Of a stretch of 64,000 nt of DNA, positions 1-8,038 are shown one piece after another. The position numbers and the translations under genes are program-made. This DNA comes from Veleropilina oligotropha. Taxonomy: Eukaryota. Location: contig JBEUKZ010000006.1 in NCBI GenBank assembly GCA_048128005.1, positions 124,001 through 188,000 of the forward strand. Reading direction: 5' to 3'. The first letter of the stretch is position 1. Each line of letters starts with the position of its first letter. The notes beneath the pieces were generated by a model that saw only the letters and a program-made list of their open reading frames with translations, ran no database searches and had not been told where the DNA came from.

Positions 1-131
1 ATGCAACTGGATCCCGTACACGGCTATTTTATATCTATTAAAACCCCTGATTAAAGCTGCTTCTCATGAATACAATAAATGAGACTCGAGAAATGCAATC
101 AATGGATTGGAGATTATTCTCTTGATTTACA

Positions 132-642
132 AATTCCCCTCCTATATGCAACATGTAGTGCCATGTCATAGGGACAAGATATCTCATCCCTGGCAGTGAA
201 TGTGTTAATTCCCCTCCCATATGCACATGTAGTGCCATGTCATAGGGACAAGATATCTCATCCCTGGCAGTGAAGGTGTTAATTCCCCTCCCATATGCAC
301 ATGTAGTGCCATGTCATAGGGACAAGATATCTCGTCCCTGGCAGTGAATGTGTTAATTCCCCTCCTATATGCACATGTAGTGCCATGTCATAGGGGACAA
401 GATATCTCGTCACTGGCAGTGAATGTGTTAATTCCTCTCCTATATGCACATGTAGTGCCATGTCATAGGGACAAGATATCTCGTCCCTGGCAGTGAATGT
501 GTTAATTCCCCTCCTATATGCACATGTAGTGCCATGTCATAGGGACAAGATATCTCATCCCTGGCAGTGAATGTGTTAATTCCCCTCCTAAATGCACAGT
601 GCCATGTTATAGGGACAATATATCCCTGGCAGTGAATGTGTT
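132..642. repeat. 74-bp tandem repeat, about 7 copies
   Basis: Unit aattcccctcctatatgcacatgtagtgccatgtcatagggacaagatatctcatccctggcagtgaatgtgtt recurs at 207, 281 and 355 (74-bp spacing). It explains ORFs 38..238 and 279..461. Confidence 0.95.
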
Positions 643-662
643 CAAGCCTACGGCCTTCGACG

Positions 663-913
663 GAATGATGGATGCTTAATGTCCTGTATATTTACAACCA
701 TCAGGTTAAAGGCAGGACATGTCCATATTGTCATGAGGAAAGCCTGGTCGCACGGGAAAACCCGCCCTCTCCAACCAATTACAGACAACAGCGATTGATA
801 ACTGAACATATGTTAAGGCCCAAGTCGAGATTTGAACGCACTCTCGTTATTTAGCGCAGTCGAGCCAGTTTTTTCCGAGTCGACAACTCCATACCACATG
901 ACAACTGGTGCGG
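663..913 (-). mobile_element. Diverged tRNA-derived SINE (same family as 14283-14536)
   Basis: Shares atgcttaatgtcctgtatattta...ggcaggacatgtcc...aaacccgccctct with 14291-14390. B-box-like GTTCAAATC on the minus strand; near-duplicated flanks ccttcgacgg / cctccgacgg. Confidence 0.7.
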
Positions 914-1113
914 CCTCCGACGGTTGTGGTCTAGCAGGACACATAAATCGAATATGTCTATTGAAAGTCAAAGCCTAATAATTGTAGATCAGTGTCTTGG
1001 GCTAAAACTTATAACTTTGTGTAAATTACATCTACATGTGAAATCTAACTTCGTAATAGCAGATGTGTGGACAATAATTAACACATAAAAAGATATAACT
1101 TATTTTTACTTAC

Positions 1114-3747
1114 CGTTTGCATCTTCATCCGTATTGGAGACGTAAAGCATTTAATATTGTCTTCAACTTCATCCAGAGAAACGGAGGAGTCAGATAGGCG
1201 ATTCCGGTACCCGTCATCTGAGATGCTCGATAATGAGGAGTTCAAGGAATTGGCTGACGACGTCCTTTGGTGGCCTGATGGTGTAGGTAGCAGAGAGGTC
1301 TGTCGACCGGCTGATGATGGAAAGAGAGAATTGTTATTACTCGGCGACATCGGAGAATTGGCGGTGAACACATCGTCGTCAGACTTGGGCGGGTTACTGT
1401 AGTCGCTGACAACCACACAAGGCACAGAAATGGGCGCTGCGCTGCAGACAACATCCTTCAAGGTTTCAGATGCAGATGTGAATGAAACATAAGCATGATG
1501 GTCTCTTGCTTTGTTCCGAGAAGACTCTTCTGGTTTTTTAAGGCTCTCCGACCGTAGCCAGTCGATGGTGTATTGGTTGTTATCACCGCAATACTGCACG
1601 TCGTCTTCCGGACCCCGCATGTCGACAGCCGAGTCCGCGTTGCTATAGGAACTGCCAACGGGACTTACAGAGGTCTGGCGAACGTCGAGATAGGGCTCAG
1701 AGAGGTGACTGACAACGGGCCTCAATGAATTCCTTTCATTAACAAGGGGATCCTTGAGGTACACAGTATGATGGTCGCCAACCGATTGTCTGGTTGAAAG
1801 GTGAGATTCGGGTGAGGTTTTGGTGAGGTAAATTTTTGGATGTTCGCTGTCCAACTGTTTCGCTACCTTGTGAGATTCAGGTGGTGGTTCGTCATGGTAA
1901 ACACTAGCATATCCACTGGCATATTGCCTTGCTACCGTGTGAGATTCAGGTGGTGGTTCGTCATGGTAAACACTAGCATAGCCACTGGCATATTGCCTTG
2001 CCAAATGAGGTGAATCTGGTGAAGGTTTTTTCAGATAAACATTAAAGGTCTCTCCCTCAGCTTGTCTGGTCGAAAACTGAGAGTCAGGTGAAGGTTTGGT
2101 GTGGGAGACATTGGCATGTTCATTATCAAATTCTCTGGTTTCAAGACGAATCTCACCGGAAGGTTTGGCCAGATAGAATCTAGATTGGTCGCTTTCATAT
2201 TGTCTGCTTCCAGCATGAGTGTGGGGAAAGGATGTTGAGAGGTAAACGTTATGATGGCTATCAAATACCGGTATATTAGGATGATGAATATATGTAGAAG
2301 GTTCGTCGAGGCAAGGTTTGCTCTCGCTGTATCCAGGGCTTGGTGAGGATTCATTGAGGCGAGTGTGCTCATGGCCACTCTCCCTATATCGGTTTTCAGT
2401 GGGTGCGTCTGCGATACCCATGTTGTGATGGAACCTCTCGTCTTGCATCGAAAGCTGTTCAGTTACTGAAGGGTGGGTAAGATACACATTGTCGTGCCTA
2501 CCATCAACTGGTCTGGCATAATCCCTAGGACTAAAACGTTCTGGAAACTTGCGATCATTATACCTTTCATGTTCAGACGTTGGTATGTTTGTAGGATAAT
2601 AAGATGAGGTGACTGGTTGCACATAAGAGCTTTTCAGGTTGACTGCGCTTGCCTCAAGCTGTTCAAATTTATGTCTAGAAGGAGATGGTTCCCACAAGTG
2701 TCCATATGGAACATTTGGTTGCACCGAATACAGAGTAGAGGTCACATCCTTGGTAGAATTTTTAGGATCAATGATGTACTCAGGGCGGAATGAGGCAAGT
2801 TCAGATGCGTATGCATCGGCTAATGGCTTGGAGTGCCATGCAGATTCATGTTCATCTCGGTTCCATCGGTTATGGTCATTATTATTATAAAACTTGCTAA
2901 ATGATTGGTGATTCAGACTGGATTCCGCAACATTCGATGCACCAAGTTTTTCATCATAGCCCGCAGACATTTCAAACTCATCGTCTGTTGTTTCTTGAAC
3001 TAGTCTGGCTGCTGCCGAATGCCGTCTCAATTTGTGGTACTGTTTCCTCTTGTGTCGTGGAGGCCGAACTGGTGATGGTTCAGCAGCTTCTTGGTGCTTG
3101 AAATTTTGGTGCGGTTCGGGTGAATAGGGAGGAGTTATATCTGCGTGATAATGGAGATCCCTCTCATTCTGCACCGGTGTTGGTGAGGGATATGCATAAT
3201 GGTGATAGTGACGATTGCTGGGTTCTGTAATATGTGGTTCTTCGAGATAATCGGATTCATTACGATGTTTGGTATTTGATGATGAGCGGTACTGTGAGCA
3301 TGCTCGATTGTCCACATACCTGGTACTGCGAGGTGGTAGCCGGTCATTTACATATGGAGGTGGGTACTGCACTGGTGGTTGCCAATTCCTGAAACGGTCA
3401 TTAGTGTTTAATGTTTTATTCTGACTTTCTAGGTTATTATGTGCTGCATAATACTTTTTCCATTTTGACTGAGCACTTGCATGAGATTCCGATGTACTGT
3501 GATGATTTGAGACATCTGGGTCCGTTTTCCTATTGGTGACATGGAGAGTTCTATTCAAAGCATCTGGAAATGCCTGGAAGCTTCTGGAGAGACCAGCTGA
3601 TGACATGTCAAGAGACGTTGGGCTTGGATGTCTGTCAACACCAAGGGAACCCCTAATCCTGAGGTCGGCACCAGGGGAACCCCTAATCCTGAGGTCGGCA
3701 CCAGGGGAACCCCTAATCCGGAGCGGTCTAGGATTAACAGTATCCAT
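1114..3747 (-). CDS. Large first coding exon of a host gene; Ser/Pro/His-rich disordered N-terminus (tentatively inositol-trisphosphate 3-kinase-like)
   Basis: 889-aa ORF in AT-rich DNA. Acceptor tttatattttCAG| at 3768/3767, an in-frame TGA just upstream of ATG 3747, and a phase-0 donor ACG|GTAAGT at 1114/1113. The family guess rests only on my recollection of a PxVVxSDxS motif plus Ser-rich/acidic tail in invertebrate IP3 kinases; no catalytic domain is in the window. Confidence 0.8.
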
Positions 3748-3864
3748 CGTAATTCATGCTTCCTGATCTGAAAATATAAAACAAATATATTAATTTTGAT
3801 ATGCAGTAAACAGAGTTAATTTAATGAGAAAATGAGGTTTTAATGTAAACCTAATATTAGTATA

Positions 3865-4070
3865 AAACATACTTACGTCCTTACTCTTGCCATAATAGCA
3901 TATTATCGCCCAAACCGGAAATGGTGAATATGTCCCATAATGCACCGTTATAAGCCAAAAAAGCACACGGTCACCTTCCCTGCTCCTACCCCCCACGTTC
4001 CCTAGCGAGACTTCGCCAAGTCTCGTGAGACTTCCGAACAATAGAAGTCACATGACATCAATTCAAAGTT
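3865..4070. repeat. DIRS-A 3' inverted terminal repeat
   Basis: Reverse complement of 11062-11267; ORFs 3790..4041(-) and 11091..11294(+) translate identically over the shared part. Confidence 0.95.
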
Positions 4071-4129
4071 CAAAAACCACAAAGGAACGTAGTAGAGGGG
4101 AGGAATGCGAACGCAGGGTGGGTAATCGT

Positions 4130-4220
4130 GTAAGGACGTAAGTATGTTTTATACTAATATTAGGTTTACATTAAAACCTCATATATAGTTACAAACATAC
4201 TTACGTCCTTACTCTTGCCA
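4130..4220. other. DIRS-A internal complementary region (ICR)
   Basis: 4130-4182 is the reverse complement of the left terminus starting at 3832; 4181-4220 is the reverse complement of the right terminus ending at 11279. Confidence 0.95.
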
Positions 4221-4278
4221 GAATAACCTTGGATAGGTGGGTAAGACGTTCCTTACAACAAACCCAAACAAGATAATG

Positions 4279-4585
4279 ACTTACTTTTCACCAATTCGAT
4301 CAGCATGAAGCGTCGAGTGTGTCCGCCTAGAGTGGAATTTTTACTGAGTATTATATTCTACTCTTACCAGGCGAGAATTTCGACCAGTGTTACCGGGAGA
4401 ATACGCCGTGGTGTTAGTCGGACGAGGTGAACGGAAGTGCAATCAGCCCCTGGCACGGCCGGAAGGATAAATCCCTGTAGGTCTTACGTGTCATGGACCA
4501 GTGGCAGCCAAATGGGTCTCCGGGCCTATAGGCCGGTAGCCAGAGGATGCAGTCGGATTTGTAAGCACACGGAACCTAACAGGTT
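4279..4585 (-). ncRNA. Putative conserved structured RNA element in the DIRS 3' UTR (copy A)
   Basis: Motif-level conservation and compensatory changes versus 18249-18560 and 52482-52790; reading frame not conserved. Confidence 0.6.
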
Positions 4586-5053
4586 GTGAAAGCTTTAAAA
4601 TCAAAAGCAAAGAATTAATAGATTATATAATAATCGATATTAATAAGTAGTTCGTATGACCAACTTGCGAACGCTAACATGGACGACATGTCACTTAAAA
4701 TAAATTTTAAGGAAGCAAAAATGTTCGACATGTTACTTAAAAATAAATGTTAAGGAATCAACATTTTAAATGTATTGAACATCGTATGTTCGATTACAGC
4801 AAAGAACATAATAATATTGAACCCTAATCTTTTTAAGATTTGTGCAAAATTATCAAAGTTGTTTTATTAAATTCAATGTGATCTGGCTTATGTCAACACT
4901 CAGTCTGACATGAGAAGTACAAAATCTTAAATTAGATTTAAGAAATGAACAGACATTGAACTGCCCCATAGGTGTTAATTACATAGCACCGTTTGGCCAA
5001 CGAAAATAAAATGGCGTCAGTAAATATGCAAATGAGCAATCAGAGAACAATAC

Positions 5054-7987
5054 TTACTGATTAGAAGACCTCGGTCTAACAATAACCCGTTGTGCAGCAA
5101 CACAGTGTAAACTGCTTAGGCCATCAGCCCCGGTTGAGTAGTCGCGCAGATAATGTTTTACAAACACGTTAGCGTTTTTCCAATATCCGGCCTGTAGTAA
5201 CGCATTGATATTTAAATTATGTCGGAAGGCTACAGACGCTGCAATGGCCCGGACCTCATGTGCGCGGACCGATAAAATAGTTCGGTCGTCGTCATCACAA
5301 CGGATGTAAACATCTCTCACAGTTTGTGAAATCCACCGCGAAACAGTAGTCCTCGTAATGTCGCGGGTGTAGGTGGGCAAATACGAAATGAATAAACGTA
5401 ATTTTCCCTGTCGCAACTCACGGGTTCTGTCTAGGTAGAATCGAAGCGCCCGGACCGGGCAATTGAAGCGGTCTGCGTCGCGCCTTCCGACTAGCGTTAG
5501 CTTGGGAATAACAACATCGGGTGCGTCCTCGTTCGGCCGCTGGTTCTTGGCTAAGAAGCCCAGAATGGGACGCAGTATCACCGACCCGTCTGACTGGAAT
5601 CGTATGTCTCTTAACTCGGAGGAGAAAGCATGAATCTCGGAACAACGCCTGCCCGACGCTAAGGCGATCAGAAAAACTGTTTTGTGCGTCAAGTTCCTCA
5701 TGGTTATCTCGGACATCGGCTCATACGGTGGTAAGAGTAATGCGTTAAGAATAAGTACGATATTCCAGGCAGGTGGCTTAATTCTTCGGGTCGGTATCTC
5801 GAGTTCATAAGATCGTATAAAATCTGATATCGTTCGGTCGCTTGATAGGCCAGCATGGGCACGACACTGCTTTAGCGTGGTCGCGATCGTTGCCCGATAG
5901 CCTTTGACGGCGGACACTGACATACCGCGGTCGAAGAGCGACGATAAAAACTCGATAAACTTGTTCACAGGGGGACGGAGTATATTGATCTGCCTGCTGT
6001 GACACCAATCCACGTACTTAACCCATCGGTAGTCATAGACTTTTGTAGTGGAAATCCTTCTCGATCGATAGATACGTAAGGCTGTAGCTTTAGAAAATCC
6101 TTTCTTAGCAAGGGATCGTTCGATAACCGCCAGGCGTGTAAACGTAAGTGGTTCGGCGACTCGTGGAGTACACGGGTGCGTGGTTGCATTAACAGGTCTA
6201 GTTTCTGCGGTAACGCTAACGGTCGATCGACGATCAGATCGAGGAGGGTCGGAAACCAAGGTTGCGTGCGATAAAGGGGCGCTATTAGCGTTATCTCGCA
6301 ACGTTCGGTCGCTGCCTTCTGTAATACCAGTGATAGAATGCACGTCGGGGGGAAGGCATACGCGGACAGATTCTCCCATGTCATTGACATTGCGTCGACC
6401 GCCAGGGCGGCCGGGTCTGGGTACGGGGAGACATACAGAGGTAGTCGGTAATTGAATTCTGTTGCAAACAAGTCGACTTGGGGTTGCGACCACCGGCGGC
6501 AAACATCCCGAGCTACTCGGCTGTGTAGCGTCCATTCTGTGTGTATAATCTGTGATCTCCGAGAGAGCGAATCCGCTCTGACATTCAGCTTTCCCGGGAT
6601 GTGTCGGGCTCGAATCGTCGAGTTGAGGGACATCACTAAGCGGTGTAGGTCTATTGCTCGGTCGCATAGGGGACGCGAGCGTGTACCGCCCTGGTGCTGT
6701 ATGTAAGCGACGACAGTCGTGTTGTCCGTGGCGAGCATTATATGCTTGTTGCGGAGATGTGACGAGAGGGACCGTACTGACAGGAAGACGGCTTCTAACT
6801 CTAGGAAGTTGATATGTCGTCCCTGAAGGTCTGTCGGCCATAGGCCTGATGTCTCGTAACTGTCGAGGTGACCACCCCAGCCGTCGTTCGAAGCGTCTGT
6901 GAACAGGTAAGCGTTCGGCTCTGGTGGGGATATAGGAACCGACTGGTCCGGCAAAGCGGGGTTCAACCACACTGCTGTCGTGTCGGTAAACCAATGCCGT
7001 AGATCGATGCGATCCTTCCACTGCCCCGTCCGTTGTATCCAGCGATCCCTGAAAGCCTGTTGTAACGGTCTTTTGTCCATGCGACCCGTCGGTAGCAGGG
7101 GCGCTACCGACTCGATGTGCCCCAGGACAGTGGCCAGTTGTCGCGCCGTAGTTATGTCCGATGACAGGGTGTCTTGGATAACCGCGCGTAGGTTCCGCAT
7201 ACGCTTCTGGGTCGGCTTCGCGGTGTACCGGACCGTATCGAAGTCGACTCCGAGGAACGTAAACGTCGTCGAGGGCACGAAGCAGGATTTTGTCTCGTTG
7301 ATCTGAAATCCCAGGCGCTTCGTCGATGACAGGGTAAAGCTCGTAGACCGGAGGCACAGATCTCGGGACGCCCCAAGGATCAGCCAGTCGTCGAGGTACA
7401 TATGTACCCTGTGCCCTAGAGAGTGTAGGAAGGCCCCCAGGGCCTGTACTGTTCTCGTGAAGACGTACGGGGCTGACGATAGACCGAACGGTAGGCACCT
7501 GAATTGGTAGATCGTCTCCCCGTGTATAAACCGAAGGTACTGATGAGCCGTGATATGCATCGGGACATGCAGATACGCGTCGGCGAGATCGATAGACGCT
7601 GCCCAGTCGCCCGGACGGATGGCCGCTCGAATCTTCGAGAGGGTTTCTTGCTGGAATTTCTCGGTACGAAGATATAGGTTTAAGTACGAGAGATCGAGGA
7701 TCGGTCTCCAGCGGCCATCGGGTTTCGGGACCAGGAAGAAATGGCTGTAAAATCCTGGTGTGCTGGGCGGCGCGGGATATATCGCTCTTTTTAGGAGCAA
7801 ATCCCGCACTGCCTGGTCTAAGACCGCTTGTTTCTCTCCGTTTAGGAGTCGAGCGTGTCTTGTTGGTGGTGCCTCGGTTAAGGTCGGATGCCGGTTGAAT
7901 GCCAACTTGTATCCGGCACTCACGACTAAGTGGACCCAGTTGCTGTCTGTCAGCTCTAGCCAGGGCTGGCTGTGTGCTAACAGGCAC
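5054..7987 (-). CDS. DIRS-A ORF3, tyrosine recombinase (C-terminal about 360 aa); N-terminal part overlaps the RT frame
   Basis: ALASGRRCSEIHA (catalytic R), AHEVRA (HxxR), AGYWK..VFVKHYL (W, Y). Annotated start is GTG, so the true start is unknown. Confidence 0.93.
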   Translation of the reverse strand: MPVSTQPALARADRQQLGPLSRECRIQVGIQPASDLNRGTTNKTRSTPKRRETSGLRPGSAGFAPKKSDISRAAQHTRILQPFLPGPETRWPLETDPRSLVLKPISSYREIPARNPLEDSSGHPSGRLGSVYRSRRRVSACPDAYHGSSVPSVYTRGDDLPIQVPTVRSIVSPVRLHENSTGPGGLPTLSRAQGTYVPRRLADPWGVPRSVPPVYELYPVIDEAPGISDQRDKILLRALDDVYVPRSRLRYGPVHREADPEAYAEPTRGYPRHPVIGHNYGATTGHCPGAHRVGSAPATDGSHGQKTVTTGFQGSLDTTDGAVEGSHRSTALVYRHDSSVVEPRFAGPVGSYIPTRAERLPVHRRFERRLGWSPRQLRDIRPMADRPSGTTYQLPRVRSRLPVSTVPLVTSPQQAYNARHGQHDCRRLHTAPGRYTLASPMRPSNRPTPLSDVPQLDDSSPTHPGKAECQSGFALSEITDYTHRMDATQPSSSGCLPPVVATPSRLVCNRIQLPTTSVCLPVPRPGRPGGRRNVNDMGESVRVCLPPDVHSITGITEGSDRTLRDNANSAPLSHATLVSDPPRSDRRSTVSVTAETRPVNATTHPCTPRVAEPLTFTRLAVIERSLAKKGFSKATALRIYRSRRISTTKVYDYRWVKYVDWCHSRQINILRPPVNKFIEFLSSLFDRGMSVSAVKGYRATIATTLKQCRAHAGLSSDRTISDFIRSYELEIPTRRIKPPAWNIVLILNALLLPPYEPMSEITMRNLTHKTVFLIALASGRRCSEIHAFSSELRDIRFQSDGSVILRPILGFLAKNQRPNEDAPDVVIPKLTLVGRRDADRFNCPVRALRFYLDRTRELRQGKLRLFISYLPTYTRDITRTTVSRWISQTVRDVYIRCDDDDRTILSVRAHEVRAIAASVAFRHNLNINALLQAGYWKNANVFVKHYLRDYSTGADGLSSLHCVAAQRVIVRPRSSNQ

Positions 7988-7995
7988 GCTCCCAC
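5965..7995 (-). CDS. DIRS-A ORF2, reverse transcriptase - RNase H - methyltransferase-like domain
   Basis: FLVPKPDGRWRPILDL, IDLADAYLHVP, LPFGLSSAP, YLDD; RNase H TDAS..GWG, HINFLELEA, TDNTT, NVRADSLSR; MT-like DLFAT...YAFPP. No ATG at the start. Confidence 0.95.
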   Translation of the reverse strand: MGACLLAHSQPWLELTDSNWVHLVVSAGYKLAFNRHPTLTEAPPTRHARLLNGEKQAVLDQAVRDLLLKRAIYPAPPSTPGFYSHFFLVPKPDGRWRPILDLSYLNLYLRTEKFQQETLSKIRAAIRPGDWAASIDLADAYLHVPMHITAHQYLRFIHGETIYQFRCLPFGLSSAPYVFTRTVQALGAFLHSLGHRVHMYLDDWLILGASRDLCLRSTSFTLSSTKRLGFQINETKSCFVPSTTFTFLGVDFDTVRYTAKPTQKRMRNLRAVIQDTLSSDITTARQLATVLGHIESVAPLLPTGRMDKRPLQQAFRDRWIQRTGQWKDRIDLRHWFTDTTAVWLNPALPDQSVPISPPEPNAYLFTDASNDGWGGHLDSYETSGLWPTDLQGRHINFLELEAVFLSVRSLSSHLRNKHIMLATDNTTVVAYIQHQGGTRSRPLCDRAIDLHRLVMSLNSTIRARHIPGKLNVRADSLSRRSQIIHTEWTLHSRVARDVCRRWSQPQVDLFATEFNYRLPLYVSPYPDPAALAVDAMSMTWENLSAYAFPPTCILSLVLQKAATERCEITLIAPLYRTQPWFPTLLDLIVDRPLALPQKLDLLMQPRTRVLHESPNHLRLHAWRLSNDPLLRKDFLKLQPYVSIDREGFPLQKSMTTDGLSTWIGVTAGRSIYSVPL

Positions 7996-8038
7996 CGGCG
8001 GGAGCGGGCAGCTGGGGCCGTCGCGAATGCCGGCAGCC

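Noticed and set aside
3869..3880. ATACTTAC as a U1 snRNA gene
   Set aside because: Match limited to 8 nt; it is part of the DIRS ITR.
3790..4041. 83-aa ORF duplicated at 11091..11294
   Set aside because: Incidental translation of the ITR with a TTG start; not conserved in the other ITRs.
4280..4310. Hammerhead ribozyme core (minus-strand CTGATCGA...GAAA)
   Set aside because: Not a CUGANGA match and not conserved in copies B and C.
5054..6500. Prophage integrase plus DNA methylase (bacterial contamination)
   Set aside because: YR and MT-like domains are standard DIRS1 components, here embedded with ITR, ICR and RT among eukaryotic SINEs and LINEs.
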